Origin: Escherichia phage vB_EcoM_WL-3 | Reading direction: 5' to 3' (one strand) | DNA length: 64,000 bases | Sequence record: MT968995.1 | Shown: one piece after another, positions 10,100 through 20,364 of the stretch | Layout: each line of letters starts with the position of its first letter | How positions within the stretch are numbered: the stretch's first letter is position 1 | Position numbers and translations under genes: made by a program | The notes under the pieces: generated by a model | What the model was told of the DNA's origin: nothing | The model's input: only the letters and a program-made list of their open reading frames with translations | Databases searched by the model: none

Positions 10100-11274
10100 T
10101 GAGTATGTTGCAACGCCCAGGATATCCAAATCTCAGCGTTAAATTGTTTGATAGCTACGACGCTTGGAGAAATAATAGATTTGTTGAATTAGCTGCTACT
10201 ATTACCACATTAACTATGCGGGATTCTCTTTATGGCCGAAATGAAGGAATGCTGCAGTTTTATGATTCTAAAAATATCCATACAAAAATGGATGGAAATG
10301 AAATAATTCAGATTTCTGTAGCTAATGCAAACGATATTAATAATGTTAAAACAAGAATTTATGGATGTAAGCATTTTTCAGTGTCAGTAGATTCAAAAGG
10401 TGATAACATCATTGCTATTGAATTGGGAACTATTCATTCTATAGAAAATCTTAAATTTGGCAGACCGTTTTTCCCTGATGCAGGTGAATCTATAAAAGAA
10501 ATGCTTGGTGTCATTTATCAAGATCGCACACTATTAACTCCAGCGATAAATGCTATAAATGCTTATGTTCCTGATATTCCATGGACTAGTACATTTGAAA
10601 ACTATTTGTCATATGTCAGAGAAGTTGCTCTAGCTGTAGGAAGTGACAAATTTGTGTTTGTGTGGCAAGACATCATGGGAGTTAACATGATGGACTATGA
10701 TATGATGATAAATCAAGAACCGTATCCAATGATTGTCGGTGAGCCATCTTTAATAGGTCAATTCATCCAAGAATTAAAATATCCATTAGCATATGATTTC
10801 GTTTGGTTGACTAAATCGAATCCTCACAAACGTGACCCAATGAAAAACGCTACTATCTATGCTCATTCATTTTTGGATTCTTCATTGCCAATGATTACTA
10901 CAGGAAAAGGAGAAAACTCTATTGTAGTGTCAAGGTCAGGTGCTTATTCTGAAATGACTTATAGGAATGGATATGAAGAAGCTATTCGTCTTCAAACTAT
11001 GGCGCAATACGATGGCTATGCTAAATGTTCTACTGTCGGTAATTTTAACTTGACACCTGGCGTTAAAATTATTTTTAATGATAGTAAAAACCAATTTAAA
11101 ACAGAATTTTACGTTGATGAAGTTATCCACGAATTATCCAATAATAATTCAGTAACTCATCTATATATGTTCACTAATGCAACGAAACTGGAAACAATAG
11201 ACCCAGTTAAGGTTAAAAATGAATTTAAATCTGATACTACCACTGAAGAAAGTAGTTCTTCCAATAAGCAATAA
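10099..11274 (+). CDS. 27: Baseplate hub protein gp27
   Basis: 391-aa ORF; T4 size and position. Confidence 0.9.
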   Translation: MSMLQRPGYPNLSVKLFDSYDAWRNNRFVELAATITTLTMRDSLYGRNEGMLQFYDSKNIHTKMDGNEIIQISVANANDINNVKTRIYGCKHFSVSVDSKGDNIIAIELGTIHSIENLKFGRPFFPDAGESIKEMLGVIYQDRTLLTPAINAINAYVPDIPWTSTFENYLSYVREVALAVGSDKFVFVWQDIMGVNMMDYDMMINQEPYPMIVGEPSLIGQFIQELKYPLAYDFVWLTKSNPHKRDPMKNATIYAHSFLDSSLPMITTGKGENSIVVSRSGAYSEMTYRNGYEEAIRLQTMAQYDGYAKCSTVGNFNLTPGVKIIFNDSKNQFKTEFYVDEVIHELSNNNSVTHLYMFTNATKLETIDPVKVKNEFKSDTTTEESSSSNKQ

Positions 11275-11752
11275 AGAAGTTTCTATTCCTAAAATGGGTC
11301 TTAAACATTATAACATTTTAAAAGATGTTAAAGGTCCTGATGAAAATTTAAAACTTCTTATTGATTCTATTTGTCCAAATTTATCACCGGCAGAAGTTGA
11401 TTTCGTTTCTATTCATTTATTGGAATTTAATGGAAAGATTAAATCTCGTAAAGAAATAGATGGTTATACTTATGACATTAATGATGTTTATGTATGCCAA
11501 AGATTAGAATTTCAATACCAAGGAAATACATTTTATTTTAGACCGCCTGGAAAATTTGAACAATTTTTAACTGTGAGCGATATGTTATCCAAATGCTTGC
11601 TTAAGGTCAATGATGAAGTTAAAGAAATTAATTTTCTTGAGATGCCAGCATTCGTTTTAAAATGGGCAAATGATATTTTTACAACTTTAGCAATTCCTGG
11701 CCCTAATGGTCCAATAACCGGAATTGGCAATATTATTGGATTATTTGAATGA
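11219..11752 (+). CDS. 28: Baseplate hub distal protein gp28
   Basis: 177-aa ORF overlapping the 3' end of gene 27. Confidence 0.8.
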   Translation: MNLNLILPLKKVVLPISNKEVSIPKMGLKHYNILKDVKGPDENLKLLIDSICPNLSPAEVDFVSIHLLEFNGKIKSRKEIDGYTYDINDVYVCQRLEFQYQGNTFYFRPPGKFEQFLTVSDMLSKCLLKVNDEVKEINFLEMPAFVLKWANDIFTTLAIPGPNGPITGIGNIIGLFE

Positions 11753-13521
11753 AAAAGCCACAAGAAATGCAAACGATGCGTAGAAAAGTTATTTCAGATA
11801 ATAAACCAACACAGGAAGCGGCTAAATCCGCTTCTAACACTTTATCTGGACTTAACGATATATCTACGAAATTGGATGATGCTCAAGCTGCTTCTGAATT
11901 AATTGCTCAAACTGTCGAAGAAAAATCGAATGAAATAATTGGAGCAATTGACAGTGTAGAAAGCGCAGTGAGTGATACTACTGCTGGTTCTGAGTTAATT
12001 GCTGAAACTGTCGAAATTGGCAATAATATTAATAAAGAAATCGGTGAATCACTCGGGAGCAAATTAGATAAATTAACAAGTTTACTAGAGCAAAAAATTC
12101 AGACAGCTGGAATTCAACAGACTGGAACTAGTTTAGCCACAGTTGAAAGCGCTATTCCTGTTAAAGTTGTTGAGGACGATACAGCTGAATCTGTGGGTCC
12201 TTTATTACCAGCTCCTGAAGCAGTTAATAATGATCCTGATGCTGATTTTTTCCCTACCCCTCAGCCAGTTGAGCCCAAACAAGAATCGCCAGAAGAAAAA
12301 CAGAAAAAAGACGCATTTAACTTAAAATTATCTCAAGCTTTAGATAAATTAACAAAGACTGTTGATTTTGGATTTAAGAAATCCATTTCAATTACTGATA
12401 AAATATCAAGCATGTTATTTAAGTATACCGTCAGTGCTGCTATTGAAGCTGCTAAAATGACTGCAATGATATTGGCTGTTGTTGTTGGAATAGATCTGCT
12501 GATGGTTCACTTTAAATATTGGTCAGATAAATTTTCGCAGGCTTGGGATTTGTTTAGTTCAAACTTTACTAAATTCTCTAGCGAAACCGGAACATGGGGT
12601 CCTTTATTACAGAGCATCTTTAGTTCTATTGATGAAATTAAAAAATTCTGGGAAGAGGGAGATTGGGGCGGTTTGACGGTAGCTATTGTAGAAGGGCTTG
12701 GAAAGGTTCTTTATAATTTAGGAGAACTTATTCAGCTTGGAATGGCTAAATTATCTGCTGCAATTCTTCGAGTCATTCCTGGCATGAAGGATACCGCTGA
12801 TGAAGTAGAAGGAAGAGCGCTAGAAAATTTCCAAAATTCTACTGGAGCATCTCTCAATAAAGAAGACCAGGAAAAAGTTGCAAATTATCAAGATAAACGA
12901 ATGAATGGAGACCTTGGTCCAATAGCAGAAGGACTAGACAAAATTGCGAACTGGAAAACTCGTGCATCTAACTGGATTCGTGGCGTTGATAATAAAGAAG
13001 CACTAACTACCGACGAAGAACGTGCAGCAGAAGAAGAAAAATTAAAGCAACTTTCACCTGAAGAAAGAAAAAATGCTTTAATGAAGGCTAATGAAGCGCG
13101 CGCGGCGATGATTCGCTTTGAAAAATATGCTGATTCGGCTGATATGAGTAAAGACTCAACAGTTAAATCAGTTGAAGCTGCCTATGAAGACCTTAAAAAA
13201 CGGATGGATGACCCAGATTTAAATAATTCACCGGCAGTTAAAAAAGAACTTGCTGCTAGATTTTCTAAAATTGATGCTACTTATCAAGAGCTTAAGAAAA
13301 ATCAGCCTAACGCCAAGCCTGAAACTTCTGCTAAATCGCCAGAAGCAAAACAAGTCCAGGTTATTGAAAAGAACAAAGCACAGCAAGCTCCTGTTCAACA
13401 AGTATCTCCTTCGATCAATAATACTAATAATGTTATTAAGAAAAATACTGTCGTTCATAATATGACACCTGTTACGAGCACGACTGCTCCTGGTGTATTT
13501 GATGCGACTGGAGTTAATTAA
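11749..13521 (+). CDS. 29: Baseplate hub / tail length determinator gp29
   Basis: 590-aa ORF; coiled-coil rich; T4 size and position. Confidence 0.9.
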   Translation: MKKPQEMQTMRRKVISDNKPTQEAAKSASNTLSGLNDISTKLDDAQAASELIAQTVEEKSNEIIGAIDSVESAVSDTTAGSELIAETVEIGNNINKEIGESLGSKLDKLTSLLEQKIQTAGIQQTGTSLATVESAIPVKVVEDDTAESVGPLLPAPEAVNNDPDADFFPTPQPVEPKQESPEEKQKKDAFNLKLSQALDKLTKTVDFGFKKSISITDKISSMLFKYTVSAAIEAAKMTAMILAVVVGIDLLMVHFKYWSDKFSQAWDLFSSNFTKFSSETGTWGPLLQSIFSSIDEIKKFWEEGDWGGLTVAIVEGLGKVLYNLGELIQLGMAKLSAAILRVIPGMKDTADEVEGRALENFQNSTGASLNKEDQEKVANYQDKRMNGDLGPIAEGLDKIANWKTRASNWIRGVDNKEALTTDEERAAEEEKLKQLSPEERKNALMKANEARAAMIRFEKYADSADMSKDSTVKSVEAAYEDLKKRMDDPDLNNSPAVKKELAARFSKIDATYQELKKNQPNAKPETSAKSPEAKQVQVIEKNKAQQAPVQQVSPSINNTNNVIKKNTVVHNMTPVTSTTAPGVFDATGVN

Positions 13522-13529
13522 GGAATAAT

Positions 13530-14624
13530 ATGGCAATTGTTAAAGAAATAACTGCTGATTTAATTAAAAAGTCCGGTGAGAAAATTTCAGCCGGACAGAG
13601 TACTAAATCAGAAGTAGCAACTAAAACATACACTGCCCAGTTTCCAACTGGGCGTGCTAGTGGTAATGACACTACAGGGGACTTCCAGGTAACAGATCTA
13701 TATAAGAATGGATTATTATTTACTGCATACAATATGTCATCTAGGGATTCTGGAAGTCTTAGATCGATGAGATCTAACTACTCTTCTTCATCTTCGAGTA
13801 TTTTACGTACAGCCAGAAACACTATCAGTAATACAGTATCAAAACTATCAAATGGATTAATATCAGATAATAATTCAGGAACAATAAGTAAAGCACCTGT
13901 TGCAAATATTCTTTTACCAAGATCTAAATCCGATGTTGATACATCATCACATAGATTTAATGATGTTCAAGAAAGTCTTATCAGCAGAGGTGGAGGTACT
14001 GCCACTGGTGTGCTAAGTAATATTGCTTCAACTGCAGTATTTGGTGCGCTAGAAAGTATAACGCAAGGTATAATGGCTGATAATAATGAACAGATTTATA
14101 CGACAGCCAGAAGTATGTATGGTGGTGCTGAAAATAGAACTAAAGTGTTTACATGGGATTTGACTCCACGTTCAACAGAAGATTTGATGGCTATTATTAA
14201 TATCTATCAATATTTTAACTATTTTTCTTATGGTGAAACGGGCAAATCTCAATATGCTGCTGAAATAAAGGGGTATTTAGATGATTGGTATCGTTCTACG
14301 TTAATTGAACCTTTATCTCCGGAAGACGCAGCTAAAAATAAAACACTATTTGAGAAAATGACATCGAGTTTAACTAACGTTCTAGTAGTTTCAAACCCGA
14401 CAATTTGGATGGTGAAAAACTTTGGTGCAACATCTAAGTTTGATGGAAAAACGGAAATATTTGGCCCATGCCAAATACAAAGCATCAGATTTGATAAAAC
14501 ACCTAATGGTAACTTTAACGGATTAGCTATTGCTCCAAACCTCCCTAGTACATTTACTCTTGAGATTACTATGAGAGAAATTATCACGTTAAACCGTGCT
14601 TCTTTATATGCGGGGACTTTTTAA
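13530..14624 (+). CDS. 48: Baseplate tail tube cap gp48
   Basis: 364-aa ORF; T4 size and position. Confidence 0.9.
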   Translation: MAIVKEITADLIKKSGEKISAGQSTKSEVATKTYTAQFPTGRASGNDTTGDFQVTDLYKNGLLFTAYNMSSRDSGSLRSMRSNYSSSSSSILRTARNTISNTVSKLSNGLISDNNSGTISKAPVANILLPRSKSDVDTSSHRFNDVQESLISRGGGTATGVLSNIASTAVFGALESITQGIMADNNEQIYTTARSMYGGAENRTKVFTWDLTPRSTEDLMAIINIYQYFNYFSYGETGKSQYAAEIKGYLDDWYRSTLIEPLSPEDAAKNKTLFEKMTSSLTNVLVVSNPTIWMVKNFGATSKFDGKTEIFGPCQIQSIRFDKTPNGNFNGLAIAPNLPSTFTLEITMREIITLNRASLYAGTF

Positions 14625-15589
14625 TGTATTCTTTAGAGGAATTTAATAATCAAGCAATAAACGCAGATTTCCAACGTAATAATATGTTTAGCTGCGTTTT
14701 TGCGACAACTCCATCAACTAAAAGCTCTTCGTTGATAAGTTCAATTAGCAACTTTTCTTATAATAACTTGGGCCTAAATTCAGATTGGTTAGGATTAACT
14801 CAAGGCGATATTAATCAGGGAATTACTACGCTAATTACTGCTGGCACACAAAAACTGATAAGAAAATCAGGGGTTAGTAAATATCTTATTGGTGCCATGA
14901 GTCAACGTACAGTTCAAAGTTTATTGGGCTCATTTACAGTTGGTACATATTTAATTGACTTCTTTAACATGGCATATAACTCATCTGGATTGATGATATA
15001 TTCTGTAAAAATGCCAGAGAATAGATTATCCTATGAAACTGACTGGAACTATAATTCTCCTAATATTCGTATAACTGGGAGAGAATTAGACCCTTTGGTT
15101 ATTTCATTTAGAATGGATTCAGAAGCATGTAATTATCGTGCAATGCAAGACTGGGTTAACGCTGTTCAAGACCCAGTAACTGGACTGCGCGCTTTGCCAC
15201 AAGATGTCGAGGCAGATATTCAGGTTAATCTTCATGCTCGTAATGGATTACCTCATACTGCTGTGATGTTCACCGGATGCATTCCAGTGTCAGTGAGCGC
15301 TCCTGAGTTATCATATGATGGAGATAACCAAATAACTACATTTGATGTTACTTTTGCGTATAGAGTTATGCAGGCTGGAGCAGTTGATAGACAAGCTGCG
15401 CTTGAGTGGCTTGAATCTGCTGCTATAAATGGCATTCAAAGCGTTCTCGGAAATAGTGGAGGTGTTACTGGACTATCTAATTCGCTTTCACGACTTAGTA
15501 GATTAGGAGGAACTGCAGGAAGCATTTCAAACATTAATACTATGACGGGAATTGTCAACTCGCAAAGTAAAATATTAGGAGCAATATAA
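14624..15589 (+). CDS. 54: Baseplate tail tube initiator gp54
   Basis: 321-aa ORF; T4 position. Confidence 0.9.
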   Translation: MYSLEEFNNQAINADFQRNNMFSCVFATTPSTKSSSLISSISNFSYNNLGLNSDWLGLTQGDINQGITTLITAGTQKLIRKSGVSKYLIGAMSQRTVQSLLGSFTVGTYLIDFFNMAYNSSGLMIYSVKMPENRLSYETDWNYNSPNIRITGRELDPLVISFRMDSEACNYRAMQDWVNAVQDPVTGLRALPQDVEADIQVNLHARNGLPHTAVMFTGCIPVSVSAPELSYDGDNQITTFDVTFAYRVMQAGAVDRQAALEWLESAAINGIQSVLGNSGGVTGLSNSLSRLSRLGGTAGSISNINTMTGIVNSQSKILGAI

Positions 15590-15593
15590 CAAT

Positions 15594-15620
15594 GGGGACC
15601 GAAAGGTCCCCATGTTTTTA
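15594..15620 (+). terminator. Rho-independent terminator after gene 54
   Basis: ggggacc-gaaa-ggtcccc hairpin followed by TTTTT. Confidence 0.6.
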
Positions 15621-15908
15621 TTTACGGAATGAAATAAAAGCAGCAACTGAAGCAACTAAACTGTCTTCAATATAAACTTCAATTTTTACCGGAGCTTCTG
15701 ATTCAAATTTACCTGTTACTACACCCTGGAAAATGCTTTCAGTCTGTTCTGGCTTTGAAAAATTTTCAGAAGGAAAAATTCCGAACTTTTTATTTGTTCC
15801 AAAAATTTTGATAAATTCATCATAAACTGCTTCATTAAAAGCGTTATCAACAGGAATAACGCCTTCAACTACAAGTTCTTGACCTAAAAAGCGTAAAGAA
15901 GATTTCAT
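15618..15908 (-). CDS. alt.-3: Small early protein (alt.-3 position)
   Basis: 96-aa ORF with GAGGA RBS, downstream of an early promoter cassette. Confidence 0.6.
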   Translation of the reverse strand: MKSSLRFLGQELVVEGVIPVDNAFNEAVYDEFIKIFGTNKKFGIFPSENFSKPEQTESIFQGVVTGKFESEAPVKIEVYIEDSLVASVAAFISFRK

Positions 15909-15916
15909 TTTGTGTT

Positions 15917-15969
15917 CCTCATGTTATGTCAGTAAGATTATTATAACACAATACGAGGGACTTGTAAAC
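15917..15969 (-). promoter_or_regulatory. T4-type early promoter cassette upstream of alt.-3
   Basis: On the - strand: GTTTAC (-35) then TTATAAT (-10); near-identical copy at 31688-31740 upstream of alc. Confidence 0.5.
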
Positions 15970-18026
15970 TACATCTTGAACTTTTTAGACATTCCGTTGA
16001 TGTTAACCAAAGAAGCTAAGATTTGAGAAACTTCGTTTTCCTCTTCTTTTGATTCTTCTACAAGGAATTGATTAAACCCAGCCATTGGACGAACTTCACC
16101 AGTTTCCATCAGATGATCGCCATCATATACCGATTCTTCTAATTGTTCAGAAGGAGGAACGATTGTACCTTCGATTAAATACTTGTTATAAGCAGTTTCT
16201 TTCATCATGTACGTGCTCACTTTATTAATCTTCAGCAAAATTCCACGTGGTAAAATAACTTCAGCTTCTGACGTAAATCCTGATAAATGACCCGGAACGA
16301 TAACTTTGATTCGCTCAGCTCCTTTAATTACCATACCCACGCTAGTTTCAGCATCTTCATTCGCATAAGCAGAATGACTGCCCATATGCATCAAATCTTC
16401 TGCGTCAATTGAACCTTCTCCTTCACCAGAAAATACTGCACTGGAATCATCTAGAGCCATATAGTTTTTACCATACTCACCGAAGATATTTGGTTTAAGC
16501 GATGTGGATACGAAGTTCTTAAAATAGAACATTTTATTTTCAATATTATGACGTAAAGTTTTAAAGGTAACTTCTTGGCCACGGTAAAGCGTAGTTCCTG
16601 GAGGAAGAACTGATCCTTTGGCAAAAGCAGAATCCATCGTCTCGATGTGTTTAATAGCTCGTTCCATATATTCTTCACGAGTAGAATCCGGTTTACCTAA
16701 AAGGAACGAGTTCATTTCAACATATGAATCTGCGCAATAATCTTCAATTACATCAGACTCAGCCCGAGTTAATCCTTTTGGGGGTACTTCAGTACTTGCA
16801 TATTCATACGCTTGAGAAGCAGACTCATTAATCAATTTATAAATGCCATTCATGACAAATTGAATAATAGCTACCTTTTCATCTGGCGTGGCTTTAGAAC
16901 CTTTAACTAAATCATTGACAATTTTCTTAATAACATCAAAGCTATTAGAAATATTAATGTCAGCAAGATCGCTTAAAATTTTATCAGTTTTATAATCAAA
17001 AAATTCTTTATTCTTTAAATATTCTTGAGAACCTTGATGTGTTATATCGCTCTGCAGTCTGATAGACGGATCACGTAAACGTGCATGGGCCAATGCAATA
17101 TGATTTCGGAAGCTTTTTAGTTCATAATCACTAGATTTAAAACGAGAAGCACTCCTCATACCACCGATAGCTCCTTTGCCGAAGTTTGAACCAATCTGAA
17201 TAACGCCAGAGTTCATTGGTCCTTCTGCTTTATATACCGGAACTTTAGATTCAAACTCTTGATATTTCTTAGCAGCGAAACTATCGCCCTGAAGTGAAGC
17301 ATCGACAGTAGAGTATTGAGCTTGTGCTGCTAATCGACGACTAATTTTAGTTTTCTGAATAACAGCTTGATCCGTGCGCTTATCATTTTCTAAAGCAATA
17401 GAAGCGGCAACAGCAACAGCTTTAGGAACAGCATTACCTGTTTTAACGTCTACATAAACATCACCAACCTTTGATTCAACTTTTGTGAATAACTCAGTTG
17501 AAATAGGAGGTACACCTGGAATGTCTTCTAAATTGGCATTTTTACGGTAAACCATAATATATGCATACTTTTTATCGTAATCCCAGATTTCCTTTAAAAG
17601 AACATATCGACCTGCTCCTTTAGTACGTACTAAACGGTCAGCAATAACTTGAATTTGTCGAGCTGCGCCATTTGTTTTACTCTTTAGTACGCGGAACAGG
17701 CATGCGTCAATTTTATACTGTTTCATTGTTTGAAGAGCAGTATCAAAAACCGCATTAATAACACCAATTGGATTTCCACCCAAGTTTTTAAGTTTAACTA
17801 ATGATAGTTTCTCATTGACACCTATCATTACGATATGCATCATTTTATCGCCTGGCTTAACGTTTTTATTTGTATCACCGCCAGAGGTGTATGTGCAAAA
17901 TCTAAATCCAGGAAGCACGCTTTCTTCACCGGCTTGAATAGCAAAAATTTGAGGTATTTTATGCTTAGGATTTAAGTTAACAACCGGCGCCGAAGCGCCG
18001 TCAAATAATTCTGTAATAAGTTCCAT
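15969..18026 (-). CDS. Alt-family ADP-ribosyltransferase paralog
   Basis: 685-aa ORF; N-terminus MELITELFD shared with Alt; C-terminal ART motifs YRGQ, FVSTSL, EAEVILP. Confidence 0.8.
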   Translation of the reverse strand: MELITELFDGASAPVVNLNPKHKIPQIFAIQAGEESVLPGFRFCTYTSGGDTNKNVKPGDKMMHIVMIGVNEKLSLVKLKNLGGNPIGVINAVFDTALQTMKQYKIDACLFRVLKSKTNGAARQIQVIADRLVRTKGAGRYVLLKEIWDYDKKYAYIMVYRKNANLEDIPGVPPISTELFTKVESKVGDVYVDVKTGNAVPKAVAVAASIALENDKRTDQAVIQKTKISRRLAAQAQYSTVDASLQGDSFAAKKYQEFESKVPVYKAEGPMNSGVIQIGSNFGKGAIGGMRSASRFKSSDYELKSFRNHIALAHARLRDPSIRLQSDITHQGSQEYLKNKEFFDYKTDKILSDLADINISNSFDVIKKIVNDLVKGSKATPDEKVAIIQFVMNGIYKLINESASQAYEYASTEVPPKGLTRAESDVIEDYCADSYVEMNSFLLGKPDSTREEYMERAIKHIETMDSAFAKGSVLPPGTTLYRGQEVTFKTLRHNIENKMFYFKNFVSTSLKPNIFGEYGKNYMALDDSSAVFSGEGEGSIDAEDLMHMGSHSAYANEDAETSVGMVIKGAERIKVIVPGHLSGFTSEAEVILPRGILLKINKVSTYMMKETAYNKYLIEGTIVPPSEQLEESVYDGDHLMETGEVRPMAGFNQFLVEESKEEENEVSQILASLVNINGMSKKFKM

Positions 18027-18029
18027 GAT

Positions 18030-20126
18030 TTATCCTTGAACGAACTTGTAAGGCATGTTTGTAATATCTATGCAAGACGCAATAATTCCGAGAGATGATT
18101 CTGCTTTCTGTTTAACATTTGATGAAACAAATGATGCAAAGTCAACTCTGTCTTCTATTTCAATATCACCTGTCATTGCAACTACTTCACCAGTTTCCAT
18201 TAAATGGTCTCCATCATAAATTACTGATTCGGTGAGTTCTTCTGTAGTCATAACTTCAGATTGAATGAGTTTTGTATTATTAGATGTTGTTCCGTCATTA
18301 TTAGAAGCATCAGTTATTTTATTAACTTTGACCATCAATCCGCGCGGTAGAATAACTTCAGCTTCTGTTGCTATTCCGAGACTTCCTGGATATACAACAT
18401 TAACTTTATGAGCTCCATCAATTGCCCATCCTATTTGAACTTTAACGTATTCAGGATTTTCTTTATACGCTCTTATTTCGTTTGGATTAATAGTTATTCC
18501 TTCTTCATTTTTATCAACTGTCAATTCATTACGAGCTTCTGGTTCTAAAAGACCAATACCAGCATGTGTAATTCCAAAACGTCCAAAAATGATAGGAGTT
18601 AAAGAAGTAGATACAAAATTTCTGAAATAGAACACTTTATTTTTAACTAGTGCTTCGTATATAGGAGCAGTCATACTTTGAGCACGATAAACTGTAATGC
18701 CTTCTGGTATACGGTCACCATTTTCAAAAGCTGAATCTAAGTTATTTATAGCAGATTCAATTTCTTTTTCACTCATTACATCATATCGTTCTGGATTGTA
18801 ACGACCCAAAAGAAGATTATTGATGTCAGTATATCCTGAACCACAATACTCTCTAATGCCGCGCTTTTGTGATGGAGTATATTTAGAACCATCACGGGCA
18901 ATAGTAATATCAATCATTGGACCTGCACCAATTCCAGAAAAACTATAAATCATTCGTTTGAGGAATTTAGTTTTTGCTGCGTTCCAGGAATTTTTAGTTA
19001 TTTCTTCCCAGACTTCATCTGGCTGTCCTTTACGGGTTTTATTATGTTTATCAAGCCAAGTATCTTTATATTCTTCAAAGAATTTATTAACAGCTGCTGC
19101 GTATTTCTCTAAACATTTTATTGAAGTAGTTGGTTCATTTTTAATCGCATTAAGAATTACATCTTTAATTTTTTCAGAAACTTCATTAACCTCACTTTTT
19201 GAAAAGAATTTATAGTCATAGTGAAGTTCATCTGCGGTTCCTTCGGCAATGATTTTTGCTGCCTTAGTTTTAGAAGCTAATGAATTAATTCCAAGCTTCA
19301 TTTCTTCTGCTTCGGGAATTAAAGGAGCTGTAGCAGGTTTATTGAAATTAGCTGCAGTAGATTCATACTTCTGGAATAATTCGCTTTCAAATCTAGAAGA
19401 TTCTAATGATTGACTTTGCGCAATTGCTCTACGGGAAATTTTAACTTTAACAATAACAGCTTGGTCAGAACGTTTATCATTTTCTTGTGCAATAGATGCT
19501 GCAATTGCCTCATTTTTAGTTACTTGAGCTCCAGTATCTTTATTGATATAAACATCGCCGACTTTCGATTCAACTTTAGTAAAGAGCTCGGTACTAATTT
19601 CCGGAACTCCTGGAATGTCTTCTAGTGATACATTTTTGCGATGTATAAGAATATATGCATACTTTTTATCGTAATCCCAGAGTTCCTTAAGAAGGACGTA
19701 TCTGCCACCTGAACGACTACGAATAAGTCTATCAGCAATAACTTGAATTTGTCGAGCTTGACCAGCAGTTTTAGACTTAAGAATACGGAGCATACAGGCA
19801 TCAATTTTATACTGACGCATCGTCTGCATTGCAACAGTAAAAACTGAATTGATATAATTAATTGGGCTTGGACCGAGACCTTTTAATTTAGCAATTGAAC
19901 CTTTAGCAGTTAATGTAAAAGGAACAATATGCATCATTTTATCGCCCATTTTTAAATCGCGATTAGTATCACCTCCAGATGTATAGGTACATAAACGAAA
20001 GCCTGGTTGTTCAATTGCGTCATCGACATGAACTGAAAAAATTTGTGGTATTTTCTTCTTTGGATTTAAGTTTGTAATCGGAAGAGTAGTATCTTCGTCA
20101 AATAATTCTGTAATGAGTTCCATCAT
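18030..20126 (-). CDS. alt: Alt, ADP-ribosyltransferase packaged in the head
   Basis: 698-aa ORF (alternative ATG at 20123); motifs YRAQ, FVSTSL, EAEVILP; T4 position next to gene 30. Confidence 0.85.
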   Translation of the reverse strand: MMELITELFDEDTTLPITNLNPKKKIPQIFSVHVDDAIEQPGFRLCTYTSGGDTNRDLKMGDKMMHIVPFTLTAKGSIAKLKGLGPSPINYINSVFTVAMQTMRQYKIDACMLRILKSKTAGQARQIQVIADRLIRSRSGGRYVLLKELWDYDKKYAYILIHRKNVSLEDIPGVPEISTELFTKVESKVGDVYINKDTGAQVTKNEAIAASIAQENDKRSDQAVIVKVKISRRAIAQSQSLESSRFESELFQKYESTAANFNKPATAPLIPEAEEMKLGINSLASKTKAAKIIAEGTADELHYDYKFFSKSEVNEVSEKIKDVILNAIKNEPTTSIKCLEKYAAAVNKFFEEYKDTWLDKHNKTRKGQPDEVWEEITKNSWNAAKTKFLKRMIYSFSGIGAGPMIDITIARDGSKYTPSQKRGIREYCGSGYTDINNLLLGRYNPERYDVMSEKEIESAINNLDSAFENGDRIPEGITVYRAQSMTAPIYEALVKNKVFYFRNFVSTSLTPIIFGRFGITHAGIGLLEPEARNELTVDKNEEGITINPNEIRAYKENPEYVKVQIGWAIDGAHKVNVVYPGSLGIATEAEVILPRGLMVKVNKITDASNNDGTTSNNTKLIQSEVMTTEELTESVIYDGDHLMETGEVVAMTGDIEIEDRVDFASFVSSNVKQKAESSLGIIASCIDITNMPYKFVQG

Positions 20127-20146
20127 ATCCTCTCTAGTGTTTATTC

Positions 20147-20154
20147 TATTTATA
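20147..20154 (-). promoter_or_regulatory. Late promoter (TATAAATA) for alt
   Basis: TATAAATA on the - strand about 20 nt upstream of the alt ATG, followed by AGAGAGGA RBS. Confidence 0.5.
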
Positions 20155-20162
20155 AAATTAAA

Positions 20163-20174
20163 GGCCCGAAGGCC
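20163..20174. terminator. Palindromic hairpin between the 62-aa ORF and alt
   Basis: ggcc-cgaa-ggcc hairpin with flanking A/T runs. Confidence 0.4.
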
Positions 20175-20175
20175 T

Positions 20176-20364
20176 TTAATAATCTAATGGTAAGAGAGTA
20201 CGGTATATTTCAAACTTTGGCCCTTTTTCATAGGCATCAAATGTTTCTGTAAATTTATTATAAGCATATGCATCTACAAATTCGAGAACGATTTGTGATA
20301 CAGAAGTAGAAACATCTCCACCTTCTTTTTGAGCCACGACAATTGTTTCTAAGTAAGCTTTCAT
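20176..20364 (-). CDS. Small acidic protein between gene 30 and alt
   Basis: 62-aa ORF with ATGA overlap with the gene 30 stop. Confidence 0.5.
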   Translation of the reverse strand: MKAYLETIVVAQKEGGDVSTSVSQIVLEFVDAYAYNKFTETFDAYEKGPKFEIYRTLLPLDY

